NCBI GenBank assembly: GCA_022813865.1
Contig: JALDZX010000032.1
Location: 124,001 to 188,000 of the forward strand
DNA length: 64,000 bases
Reading direction: 5' to 3'
DNA from: Xylographa opegraphella
Taxonomy: Eukaryota
Shown here: one piece after another, positions 13,673 to 25,757 of the stretch
Position numbering within the stretch: the stretch's first letter is position 1
How the letters are laid out: every line of letters starts with the position of its first letter
Program-made: the position numbers and the translations under genes
Notes under the pieces: model-generated
Told to the model about the DNA's origin: nothing
The model's database searches: none
The model's input: only the letters and a program-made list of their open reading frames with translations

Positions 13673-15278
13673 TCAACGTGAACATTTGGCGCATCGAAGG
13701 CCATCGCCCGTGAGATTTCCTGAAACATCTCCGGCGCTCGGTCGATCAACTTCCTCCGCCGAGAGCATATACCTTGTCTGTGATATGATTCGATTATGGT
13801 TGCTTTCTTTCCGTACATCCTTCTGCTTATTCAACCAACGCTTAGTATCCTCCAGGCAACACCGAAACGGTTCGCCTCCCCAACCTCTACGCGTTTCGTC
13901 GAAGCTTTCCAAAGCTTGTCCGGACAGGAAGCTCAAAATCTCGGCGTATACACAGCCTAGTGCAAAAACGTCAACACTCTCCGTTCGATCGCCGTGTTCT
14001 TGACACTCCGGAGCGAGATACTTAGGCGTCCCGACAATCAAAGGCCCTGTCGTCCGGCTGACGCCATCCGAGAATTCTTTAGCCAGCCCAAAGTCGGTCA
14101 GTAAGACGCGTTCGCCTTCATCATCGATCAGAATATTCTCCGGCTTTATATCCTTGTGCACAACGCCGCATCGATGAGCGTAGTCCAGGGCACCGATGAG
14201 ACATCCAAACCACATGTAGACCTGTGCATTCGTATATGTGCCACTCTGCTTCGAAGTCTTCAGGAAGTTGCCCAGGTTACACTCGGCCACAGGCAAGATG
14301 TATAAGCTGAAACCCTGATCATCTTTCGTCGAAAATGCGAGCGTGGTGATGTGGTGATGCACGAGTCTTCGCATAATATTGATCTCGTTCCATACCCGAT
14401 CAACCGAGAAGACTTGCGATAACCCTGGACCTGCCATGAGTCGTTTGCGAGCATACAGCTGGCCCGTTGATACTTCCTTCACCGTGTCGACTTTCCCATA
14501 GGTTCCGCGACCTAGAGGCCTGTCCACCAGTATCGTGAACTGCGGCGGTGTCGCCTTATCTTTGTAAACCCAGCGGGCTGTTTGCCGAACAACTTCCCCA
14601 AGTTTTATATACTCCTTCTTCCTTTCCTCGAACAGATTGACGGACGTGTCGAGAAAGAACTGAAAGTCCTTCTTTTCCAGGCGTTTTGATCGTCCTGAAT
14701 CGCCATCAGCAAGAAGCGGTCACCATGCCTCCGGTACAGTATTTACGAATGATGCCAATCATCTCCAGGAAAGACACTATATATTGCGTGTAGATTGCTT
14801 GCAAAGGCTCTTGAAGAGGCGGAAAATCAATCAGGCTTTCGGGATAAATCCCTAGATCGGGTATATTGTCGTCAAGATCGGTGATGCGATCCACAAGAGT
14901 GCTGAGCTTCAAGTGTATGGAGAATCCCAGCTTTGGGGAGCCCGTCAGTCACGTCTTTTCCAAGCTTGACGATCGTACCGTGATGACGGCGAAAGACACG
15001 TCCCACACTAAGGCAAGCAGGTCATCGGATTTGATCAGTGCCGACTGTTTCCCCACGGCATTGGCGAAGCTTTCGATCTTCTTGTATGATCGGCGGAGTT
15101 TGTTCAAATTGAGCTGCGTGTTGCCCTCATTTCGCTTGTCCGCCGCACTTTCCAGCGCGTTCACAAATTCCCTTCGGCTCGCAAAGCTCTTCTGCGGGCC
15201 CTCGGGCAGGTGCTTTTCATAATCCGCTCGTTGGCGACGGAGCAGCCCCGGCCATGCCTCGGCGGAGAAGGGCGACAT
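13673..15278 (-). CDS. Ser/Thr protein kinase with an N-terminal helical domain (2 introns: 14931-14978 and about 14695-14745)
   Basis: All catalytic motifs are present: GRGTYG, YARK, HKDIKPEN, DFG, APE, DVFALG. Upstream ORFs 14706-14912 and 14949-15329 join in frame through GT..AG introns. Confidence 0.85.
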
Positions 15279-15820
15279 CGAGATAAAAATCCGCAGCTGG
15301 AAGAACAGATGTTCCGGGGAGTGGCGCATTCCCGAATCGCCCGGCGCGGCGCAAGTCCTGGAGAGACGGAAGCGTTAATAATAATGGAAGGAAGGTATCA
15401 GACCCGATCGTTTGTGAAGCAATACTAAGTGGGCATTCTTACTGTTGCTCTGGAATCCGTCCGGCGGCTTGGGAAGAACTAGGAGGGGTGGTGCATAGGC
15501 GAGCGGCCGCGGTAACGGCATCCATTATGTACACCTCCGGAGTGGCAGCGACGATCAGCCTCGCTGCGCCGCGGCGTGGTCTCAAGCCAGATACTTGTTC
15601 TTCGTCCGAAGCAACGATTGCATGGACGAAGCGTGGTGATATAGGACGGTGGAAGATACCGAGTTCGGTGTCCAATCTCTTCCCGACACAACAGGATACA
15701 GGAGTACAACGAAGTCAATGCGAAAGCATCCGAGCTACAGGTCTGCGATATATATCCCACACGGGCCCCCCAAACATCCCAAACATCCCAAACAGTTCGA
15801 GCATCAGCGAGCCCGACCCA

Positions 15821-16210
15821 TCACTGCTCGTCTCTCTTCAACCGGATGAAATCTTTGGATTTGGTCGTCGTTTTGAACTTGTTGGCAATGGTGATCTGTC
15901 AAGATTTCAGTGGCTCGCTGGCCAGGCAGGTGCAGTGCTCGATCATTACGATGTACAGTGTGCCTTCTCCGCTTTCCGCCACGCCTTCGACGATGCCTTG
16001 ATGCCAGACACCTGAACCGTCGATCTCGTTGGACACAGCTTCTTTATTCAGAGGGGGGCAGGGGGTGTTCGACTGACCGCCATCACGAAAGTAAACATGG
16101 TCGCCCTTGGCATACTCGATCTTGGCGTACGAGTTCCGGGGCGCGCTCGCATCGTCGTCCATCATGCTCTCGTGTGCATCGGTCGAGGGCGGAGATTGAT
16201 CATTGATCAT
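15821..16210 (-). CDS. Small hypothetical protein (about 89 aa) with a Tudor/KOW-like beta-barrel pattern; introns 16012-16077 and 15896-15949
   Basis: Predicted splice product ...YAKGDHVYFRDGGVWHQGIVEGVAESGEGTLYIITIANKFKTTTKSKDFIRLKRDEQ*, using donors GTCAGT/GTAATG and CAG acceptors. The fold call is by pattern only. Confidence 0.45.
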
Positions 16211-16591
16211 TGTGGCGGCCTGCACTGCCTTCTTATGCCGTGGTTCGTCTTCGGGCTGCACTGCATCTGGTGCCAAGCCCCGCAGCCCTATGCAAGTCGG
16301 TCCAAAGAGCTCTTTGCACGACTCCGCCCCGTTTTGGCGTGGAATAGATAAGGTAAAGCATGCGGTTCTCGTACTCGGACACCCTCCAGACTCCCCAGTG
16401 GCTTCGCTCTCGACACGCAAGGCACCCGTGCCTCCACTGTCCTCTGGTATAAGACATCACGGCGATCTCGTTGATTCGACTCAAGTGGCATGCAGCGCGA
16501 AGGCTAGATCTAGCTCTTGCTGCGGCTCAACCCTCGAGTCTTAGCGATCGATATATCGTGGCACAATACCCAGCACGACCATGGTGAAGTG

Positions 16592-18831
16592 ATGGATCCA
16601 CTATCTGCCTCCGTCAACCTTCTCGCGGTGTTGCATGCCACGAGCCAGCTGTCGTTCCTTTTATACCGATGCTTGCGTGGCATTTGCGGCGCTCCCGCCG
16701 AGGTCCAGCATTACTGTCACCTTCTTGAGGGACTCAGCCATACCTTTACAGCTCTTCACACGTTGCATTGCGAAGATGGCATCCGTCTGCTTCTCTCCCC
16801 TGACTTTCCATCGCGCTTGGCTGCTTGCTCGACGGATTTGCGAGCGGTTCACGCTAGATTGCAGAAGGTGCATTTTCGAATGAGAGACAACTCAATTCGA
16901 AAGGGTTGGGAGAGAATGAAATGGTCGATGTTTTCTGAAAGCTGGCTGGATAAGTTTTTCGCTCGACTTCAGACGTACCATGTCGAGTTCTCTTTGGAGC
17001 TCAGTTGTGCGCAGTTGTAAGTGTCCGCTCAAACTTTCCGGGGAGATTCCCGATACTAGCTAAACGGTCTTCAGAAGGCTTCAAGTATCTTTACAGAAGC
17101 TGTGGTCGGACACAAGTGTTCGCCCAATTATTTCGGCCATCAACGAGGCTCGTCCAGGAAAAGCAGAAGCTGTCATGGTCGAGGCCAACCCAAACATCGC
17201 GCGATTATTATTGCCCGATCAACCCATTGCCCAATACGACTCATTACTCTTCGAAGCTTCTTCATATCCACCTGTAAACCGATCGACTCGGGATGAGAAG
17301 GCTGATTTTTCAAACGGCGCTCCAACACCTTCTACCCAATATGAATCACTTAGAAGTAGTTGCTTTCTAAGAGCAAAGAGAACCTATAATTTCACCGGAT
17401 CAGTTTGTTCGTTGATTCTGCAAACTCGGTCGAGTTGTCGTGAAGTCTGGACGCCTTGGAATAGCACATCTGAGAGAAAGCATTATAGCGTCTTGGGGCA
17501 TTCATATTGCTTTTACCTCAGACTACCGTTGTTTGCGTTCATGCAAGTAAACCTCAAAGTGTTTATATTGCACAATATACAGGCTACGCTTTCGCTATCT
17601 ACGCGATTCAGTTTAAGCGTTCTTCGCATTGTTCCTGGGAATGCAGCCATTATGGATTTGGCCCACAAAGGTGATATTTACTCAATGGAAGCGTTGTTCC
17701 GAACGGGTAACGCTGCACCGTCGGATGTATTGGCGGACGGTATGACTCTTCTGCATGTCAGTATCGTTTCCATATGATTGGATCAAGACTAACTGTCCAT
17801 AGATTGCTGCAGTCCGTGATGACTTGAATATGATAAAGTTCCTGATATCTCGCGGTGCAAGTGTAGATGCTATCGACGACGACGGCGAGTATGTTTCATC
17901 AAAGCAAATCACAGTGATTGAAGATCTGACCTAGCCTAGCACAGCTCTTCACATCGCATCAACGCGTGGTAACGACTACGAGATAGTACGAATTTTAATC
18001 GAGAGCAGTTGCGAACTTGAAGCACGCAACTTTGCTGGAAAAACCGCTTTGCATCAACATTTCAATCAAGTCACTCGGCGCATCCTGCTTATCTACGACG
18101 GGCTGATTGATTTGTATTCCCAGGACCACGACGGCATGACAATTGTTCACTATCTGTCGTGTTCCAGAACGACGCGCCCCGAGGACTTGCACCACTTGGT
18201 CAAAGACGATATTTCTTCTTTAGCAGTCAGAGATAAGTTAGGACGATTCGCACTGCATTTCGCCGTCATGCGTGGTAATATCGCTCTTATCTTGTACATT
18301 CTGAGTTTGGGACTTGACCCGTACCAGAGCTTGGTAAGCTCCACAGGTGCTACGCTTTTACATTATGCTGTTCAAAGCAAGCGTACGGAGACATTGGATC
18401 TCGTGGGCCAATATTGTAAGAATATCTTTGTCAAAGATTATCAAGGGCGATCGATTCTTCATTACGCGGTCTGGCAAGACAACGTGGCAGCCGTTGAAAA
18501 AATCGTGGAACTCGGTGGAGCTGTCTTGCTATATCAAGCTAGTTTGAGTGGAGAGACGCCAATACAGTTTGCGTCTCGAATCGGTGCAGCGTCGGTCTTG
18601 ATATATATCAATACACTGGGCGGCGAGAAGAGATCGTCAGAGCTCTGGTCAGCTATTGATGGAAATTCTGACGAACCTGAATCTAAAGTTACCTATCTTG
18701 ATTCCATTGAGCCTTCGAAAACGCCGCGAATTACATGCAGAATCGGTAAAATCGTTATATTATTTTCCTTTCTCGCGACTGCCATGGTTTTTGCATTTCA
18801 TTGTGCTTATTTATATTATAATCAGAAGTAA
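16592..18831 (+). CDS. HeLo-like/fungal STAND N-terminal domain + ankyrin repeats + C-terminal TM helix; introns 17017-17074, 17757-17802, 17889-17939
   Basis: N-terminus MDPLSASVNLLAVL..AP.EV..W is typical of Helo_like_N. Ankyrin starts include GMTLLH, GDTALH, GKTALH, GRFALH, GATLLH and GRSILH. Hydrophobic tail IVILFSFLATAMVFAF. Frame checked across all three introns. Confidence 0.8.
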
Positions 18832-19400
18832 CTATCCATTTTATCGATTGGTAGAAACACCAATATTTCATAAGCGGATTATTGAGAGAAGTCGATTTTC
18901 TGAAAATAATAATACTACATTTATTATAGCCTGAATTTAAAATACTTTGAATGTTATAACCTCTCGAGTTTATAATACTTGTATGGTAACTTTTGGGCTC
19001 CGGTTTTCAATTTTTGCAACGTGTCACTTTTCCGTCGTCGTAAAGTAAAATAATTGTGTACGACGTATCAGCCATCTGCTGCCATCAATGCGTGATCCTT
19101 CAACTCTGAGTTGACAACGCGGTGAAATATAGCGCAAACTAAACGGGCCCGTGAACCAAGTCTTTCTTTGAAGATTCAAGAACCAGTCCTGAGTGCTGGC
19201 GACTTCATTGGTCGGCTTCGTTTTGATGGCAAATGGCCTGCCTCACCCGAGGTCCTTTTAACAAGATAATTTAAACGATAAGGCAATTGCGTTGTGATCA
19301 TCGACTCTCAGAGCTTCTGTGTCTATCCTTGTGGTCAACTAAAGCTTTAAACCATTTTGAAAAGGCCGATCTTTGACCACATGTCTGGTGGATAATTACA

Positions 19401-20546
19401 ATGTCGGATATACTTCCACCTTTCACCTCACTCCCCCTTGACCCCAACGGCCCGCCTGGCAACGCATGGGGCCTCTTCGGCGCCACCGACGAACTCGGAA
19501 TGCTCAACCTGCTGACTCCCGCTGTTGTCGTCGCTGCCGCGCAGGAAATCAAGTCCGGGGTGCGCATCTCTCTCGACTGGCCGCTAAACAGGCCGACCCG
19601 TCCGAGTTACGGCCGAGCACCATTGCAGCATGAGATCCGCCGCCGTGGTCGAGAAGGTCGTCCGGTGAATGACGATATCGTGAGCTTCAACACGCAGAGT
19701 AGCTCGCAGTGGGATGGTTTTCGACATTACGGTTCGCTGAGCATGCGTGGGCTGTGGCAGCCCGAGTGTACGCTGACGGCTTACAGGCTATATCAATGAG
19801 AAACGGTACTTCAATGGCCGAACCGACGAAGATGTTCGCGAATCTCGTGTCCTTGGAATCGACGGTTCTACGCGCCGTGCCTTGCCAAGTCATTGGGGAA
19901 AGCTAACGTCTGTCATGCAGTCTGGGCCGACAACGGTGGCATCGTTGGTCGCGGTGTTCTTTTAGACTACCTCGATTATGCCGAACGGCATTCCGTCCCG
20001 GTCCACCCCTTCACCTCCCAGCGCATTCGACTCCACCATCTCAAAGGCCTCGTTGACGAGCAGGGCGTCATCTTCCGCCCGGGGGACGTCCTGTTCCTGC
20101 GTAGCGGCTTCACAGCCGCTTACAACGCCCTGCCGCTTCTCGAACAGGAGGCCCTCGCCCGCCGCCCCACGGCAGACTTCATCGGCGTCGAGTCCACGAT
20201 CGACGTGCTGCGCTGGCTGTGGGAGAACCGCTTCGCCGCCATCGCGGGCGACGCGCCGGCATTCGAGAGCTCGCCGGTCGGCGGGCCGGGGAGCGATCCG
20301 GACACGGTGCTGCATCAGTGGCTCCTTGGCGGCTGGGGCATGCCGATCGGGGAACTGTTCGACTTGGAACGCCTGGCCGCACATTGCAAGGCAACGGGGC
20401 GGTATTCCTTTTTCCTGTCGAGCGTGCCGTTGAAGGTGAGTCCGTGGCGCTGGTCGATGATCCCCGTGAATGCTGAACGTCGTTGACGCAGTCGTCAGGT
20501 CCCTGGAGGCGTGGCGAGTCCGCCGAATGCGGTGGCGATCTTCTGA
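19401..20546 (+). CDS. Putative cyclase / kynurenine formamidase-like metal hydrolase (3 introns)
   Basis: Motifs GNAWGLFG..DELGMLN, NTQSSSQWDGFRH, GIVGRGVLLD, GWGMPIGELFDL, and terminal exon VPGGVASPPNAVAIF*. Confidence 0.9.
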
Positions 20547-21479
20547 GGGACCGTGGGAGCCGGTGCTTCATGGGTCATCATGCCGTCCCGCGCGAGAGGC
20601 AGCATCGGAAGCTGGAAAGGGCTCGGAGACGTCTGGTCTCAACGTCGAGTATTCCTCACGATATGCGTTACACTCGGAAGGAATCACCGAGCAGCCATTA
20701 TCGCTGGGGTTTCTTTCGCCTAGAGTGTGTATCGTGTATCAGCGCTATGTCACTAATGATCCCATTATATCAGCACCAACAGAAAAACTTTCACGCATTC
20801 TCGGTACCATGGTGCGGAGTATCATCATAGAATTCGAACCTCCCGGTCACCACAAAATTTGAACCTTCCCACATCCTTGCCCAGTAGCCGTGAGCTCTAT
20901 TTGCACCCCCGTTCAATCGCCCACAGGCATCATGTCTCCAGAAACACAAAACCATCCTCTTCCACTCAGGCATATCCATTGACTGGAGCAGGTATTCCAG
21001 TACCTGTCTTGAAGCATATTTCGAGCATGTTTGAACACAAAGGGTTTTCCACAGCGGGAGGCTTTCATGCATTTTTCATATGATGTTTTAAGCTCTACGG
21101 CGCTCAGTGATTATGACGACTCGCTTCAAGGTCCAGCATCTTGTTCGTAGCGGAGATTAGGTAAGTTGGGAGCACGGCTGGGTAGGGAAAGGGATACCAA
21201 GGGATTACACGTTTCGGAGTGTGTTCTTCGTCATCTGCCATAATGACCATGGTCGAGGAGATGCATCGGCAGAAGCGGGGACAGGGGGTGGATAGGTATA
21301 ATATATCGAGTAGACAGCGTATCCAGAGATGAGCGATAACCAATCGAAAATTTACCACAATTCAACACCATTCGCACTACGTATAATTGAGGAAAAACGA
21401 TACATTTCCCGAATCACTCATGAGCGGACAACACATGGACGAAAATGCTATGAATGTATATAATAATAACAAACTAATA

Positions 21480-21686
21480 GGGGCGTTTAGCCAAAATCTG
21501 TTCTGTCAAACTTGTCAAATCTGATAAATCTTGGCAGTGTATGATTGGCCGACTAAGCAGCTTAGCGGAATAGAGGACTTCTGTTGATTGACAGAACGAC
21601 TTGAAAGACCCGATCGGGTAATAATCTACTGCCAAGATCCTTCAGGTTTCATTAATCTAACAGAACAGATTTTGGCTAAGCGCCCC
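21480..21686. mobile_element. MITE, 207 bp, with 27-bp terminal inverted repeats and TA target-site duplication
   Basis: Left TIR GGGGCGTTTAGCCAAAATCTGTTCTGT (21480-21506) versus reverse complement of 21660-21686 GGGGCGCTTAGCCAAAATCTGTTCTGT: one mismatch. TA on both sides (21478-79, 21687-88); no ORF inside. Confidence 0.8.
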
Positions 21687-21703
21687 TAACATCCACAACC
21701 ACC

Positions 21704-22976
21704 TCACCCACTATCCCGCAACTGCATCGACTCCAGCCTCCGCACGCTCAATCCCGAACTCGACAGCTTCGCAGCCCCGACGTTTCCTCCAGGCAGCTCA
21801 TGGATCGGGGCAGTCGTCCGCGAGTCCCACGACGTGATCCCATCCAACACAAGCTCCGACGGTTGCTTCGGCGAGCCAGCCAGTTCCGACATAGACGCGA
21901 TGATGACATACTTGCGTCGTGCGATACCAACTCTTTGGGCTGGACAGCGCTGTTGGCAGGGAGCTCGGTTTTGAAGCCCACCAGCGGCGAATCTTTGGCG
22001 TCGGTGAAGGGCGCGGTGGCTAATGCTGCTGCTGTAGCTGCATCGTTGGCTTTTCTCTTTGTATCGTAGGCGCTTTTACGTCTTCAAATAAAGAACCAGG
22101 CTGTGATGGCGGCGAGAGATGGGGTGGCAACAACGCCGATCACAATACCAGCTATAGCACCTGCACCTAAGCCTTGAGCGGATGAGTTTTGAAGCGCCTG
22201 AGCGGATGAGTTTTGAAGCGCCTGAGCGGACTACGGGCGATATTGAGAAGTTGGCACGTTCTTATTTTACTGTGTGGTAACTAAGATATGCCGGATTGGT
22301 CAGCCTAGCTGCACTCAGGAAAGCTCTAGAAGAATGACTCGCGCTTCCTGTAAGAAAGTGCTACCGGAAGTGTATCGCGTCGAGTTTGCAGCCTGTGGGA
22401 GCGCGAATTTCCACGAAGACGCGCTTGAGTTTGCTGCATCTGCCCCGATGAATAAATAGGTTACTATCAAATCAAAGCTTGCATATGACAAATTTATATT
22501 GACGCTTGGTTGGCTGTCGTTCTGAGAAGTACCTGCAAGTGGGCCGAGCTCGAAAGTGATGCTTGCTTTCCGAGGGAGTAGGCTGGTGTGCAAGCTATCA
22601 TTGACAAGGTGTAATTGCGTCTTTTCATCCAATTGGAGATTGAAAGCCTTCTCAAACAACTGACATGTCTCTATTGATAGCCATCTATGCGAGATTGTGG
22701 AATAGATATAGGCTGGGATCGCGCTTTGTAGTAAAGATTGTTTACCGCTTTGTATTGGGAAAATATTTACAACAAGATCTCGGGTATCATACTGCACTGG
22801 GACGATACCAAAAATATTGCGTAGCTCCGAAAGTGCCTCGAGCGCTTAAATTTGTGCTGGGAAGCGCCACAAGGCTGTTCTGTACTGTCGAGCCGAGAGC
22901 CACCGGAACGGAAGAAGAATGATTTCAGCCTTATGTAGGGCTCTTGACCTTGCAGAAACGCCAGGATCTTGCGCAA
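21704..22976 (-). pseudogene. Decayed membrane-anchored aspartic-protease-like (A1) gene, C-terminal half
   Basis: CQLFEKAFNL..LVNDSLH..SYASFDL..YTSGSTFLQEA resembles the C-lobe of fungal A1-like proteins. It is followed by the TM segment GAIAGIVIGVV and ELP/ELA tail motifs, but has in-frame stops (e.g. TGA 22084-22086) and frameshifts. 5' boundary approximate. Confidence 0.65.
22175..22230 (+). repeat. 24-bp tandem duplication (about 2.3 copies)
   Basis: TGAGCGGATGAGTTTTGAAGCGCC twice plus a partial copy, inside the pseudogene. Confidence 0.85.
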
Positions 22977-23139
22977 CAGTGTTTGGATAACATCAGTCCA
23001 CCAGCCGCAATCATATTCTCGGATTTCAAGATCGGAGCTTCTGGCTTGGGGCTTGTCGGACTCAGTTTTCTAGATCTCGACACGCGATCTCGCTCTCGTA
23101 CATCCAAAAACGTCCCAACTCCAGAACCTGAATCTCAAC

Positions 23140-24028
23140 ATGGCGGAGCCACCTGCGAAAAGAGCCAAGCGCACTGACAGCTCAGCCATGTGGGATCGAA
23201 CAGATAAGCCACTACATCACGAAGGCAGGGATAGAGACAGAGATCGAAGAGACAATCCAAATGGCCGTGACCGACGTGATAATCGCGACCGAGCAAGCGG
23301 ACATGCCGATCGTCGCCGGAGGAGTTCTCGCTCGCGATCGAGAGAACGAAGAAAGGAAAGGAGCCGGTCGCGAGATCATGAAAGAGGCGGAGCCAGGCAC
23401 AAGGAAGGTGGTCGCAGTGGAAGAGACAGGAGAGATCGTGTGCAGCGCAGCAGGAGTAGAAGCAGAAGCCGAAGTCGAGACCGCCATCGGACCAAGAAGG
23501 GTATGCCAAAAATCTTGTTTCGCGGTATCAACTTATCATAGAAAAAAATTGGCTGACTTGGATCCCACAGACGAGAAAGCCGCGCCTTCACGCTCTGAAA
23601 GACAACGCACACGCTCCCGCTCTCCTGCCCGGAATGGCACAAGCAAGAACCCCAGAGTCCGCTCTCCGCTACGAAAACCTGATCAAGATACAATCAAACC
23701 GTCGATTATCAAGCCGTCAGAACCGCAACCTACCGTTGCCCCCACTGCCGACAAAATGCAAGTGGACTCGCCCCCTGCAGATGCTGCAGTGTCTGTGAAG
23801 CCGAAAGGCAAATCGAAATCGAAATCGAAACCCGTAGAAGAAGAAGACTCGGATCCTGAAATCGCGCAGATGCGTACTCTGATGGGATTCGCAGGCTTCA
23901 AAACGACCAAAGACACGAAAGTGCCAGGGAATAATGTGTATGCGGTGAGGAAGGAGAAGAAGACGGAGTATAGGCAGTATATGAACCGTGTTGGAGGGTT
24001 CAACAGGCCCCTCAGTCCCAGTCGCTAG
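23140..24028 (+). CDS. SNRNP27: U4/U6.U5 tri-snRNP 27-kDa protein (1 intron, about 23502-23570)
   Basis: RS/RD-rich N-terminus; diagnostic C-terminus MGFAGFKTTK..KKEKKTEYRQYMNRVGGFNRPLSP. Confidence 0.92.
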
Positions 24029-24576
24029 TCTCGTGCGGCAGCTGACTGGCAAGCCAAATATTTCGATGGCGCTGGTGTGTGGAAGGAAAATCTTTCCAGG
24101 TGGTGAAATGAATCAGGCTTCCGATCCGCCCAATTGCCTATCTTGGGCCGGAGGAGAGCCCGTGATGAAGGCACAAAATACCCAACCATCCCTCGACGTG
24201 CAGTTGAGACAGCGCCTACCGCGATGTCGCTGGAGAAGGAACGATTTGGCCACGGCAGGCGTGGATTATTGGCCCGCGGGCCTAAAACGCAATGACTCTC
24301 ATGTTCTGTAGACTAACTCAGATTCACCTTTCTGGAGATCTGGAACACGGAGGTCTGAACCGAATTGAATGGAGCAAAGATTTAATTGGGTTGAGAAATA
24401 TGGCCAAATCTACAGCATGACAAAGTGATATGGTAGTATGCCCTCCAATACCATCACAATTGCCCCCGCTCAATCAGCCCACTATATCACCCCCATCCCC
24501 CACTCCGCCAACAGCCAGCTGAGGCGCTCCCACCTCCCAAACCACCACAGCCCCACCCTACCACCACTGGCTCGGA

Positions 24577-24948
24577 CTACTTCAGCCCAAGCTCCCATTC
24601 ATAGGTCCAATCGTTCTTATAGTCAGGCTTAAAGGTATTTCCATCACCGTACGGACCGCAATTGTGACGCGTGCGCAGGTCTCGGAGCATCGAGACCGCG
24701 GCGTCGCTGCACCCAAAGTAGCAACCCACCTCTGCTTCTGCGATGCAGAAGCAATTGCAGACCTTGCAGCTTGTGTCGTAGCCGGGGACCGCGCTCTGCT
24801 TCTTGGTGGTGCAGATGGCGTTTTGCAAGTTGGCGAAAAAGTCGAAGGCTCGGGGGAGGAGGCTGAGAAGGCTGGCGGTGCACGGGGTCAGGAGGTGGGC
24901 GAGGGTGAGGGCGGAGAGGAGAGTGCTGGTGGGTGTGGGTAAGTGCAT
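24577..24948 (-). CDS. Small secreted cysteine-rich protein (123 aa)
   Basis: Hydrophobic signal-like N-terminus, 8 Cys in the predicted mature part, GC-rich third codon positions. Confidence 0.65.
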   Translation of the reverse strand: MHLPTPTSTLLSALTLAHLLTPCTASLLSLLPRAFDFFANLQNAICTTKKQSAVPGYDTSCKVCNCFCIAEAEVGCYFGCSDAAVSMLRDLRTRHNCGPYGDGNTFKPDYKNDWTYEWELGLK

Positions 24949-25757
24949 GATGCGGCGGGTGGGTGTTGGGAGTGGGACCGCCGGGGTGGGCTTGTGGTTT
25001 TGGGGATGGGTGGTGGTTGTGCGGATGGATGGTGTCTTGAGCTATGTTGGATTGAGGGACTGAAAGTGGAAATATATGGCGGGCCTGAGAAATTATTGCT
25101 GAAGACCTGCTTGGATCTCCCGATGTTGAGGCCCTTGGTCACTTATATGTAGAAAAGACAATGTAGAGGGGCTACGTGCACAGCGGACATGGTGAAGCAG
25201 AGATCAGCGACTTGAGCGTAGGAGTGAAAGACGCGGTGAATAACAAAGACGAAGCTTTGCAAGGGGGTGATACAAAGTTAGTCGGATTCACCCACATGGC
25301 AGTTCATTATCACGACAGAATTGAAGATTTAGCACATAGAGCAGAGGAACATTCACACAGGTCGGGAAAGCTTTCTATTGTTCAAGAAAATCGGTCGTCT
25401 CATTGGCAGTAGAAATTCTTGGCAATCCGCAACTACATATCAAAAATCAAAAATCGACAGGTGATAAAAATTCAAGTCTTCGCTTTCTATTGCCTCCGGT
25501 TTGCTGATGCTCACCTTCTGACGAAGGGGATCCTTTGGAGAAGATTGACTAACGCTCGATACCATCCAAAAATTGATGAGGATGGTGCTACATCAGCATG
25601 ATGAAAAGAAAATCCGAGATCGAAGATTCAAAAATCTATGCTGCATACAAACTCGCAAAGCAATTCGTCATGACGGAGCAGCCTCGACGTCAGGGGTATC
25701 TTGGACAAAAGGAAATTCGTCATGACCAAGGAAACGAAATGTATGCCTGCTCAGCAC

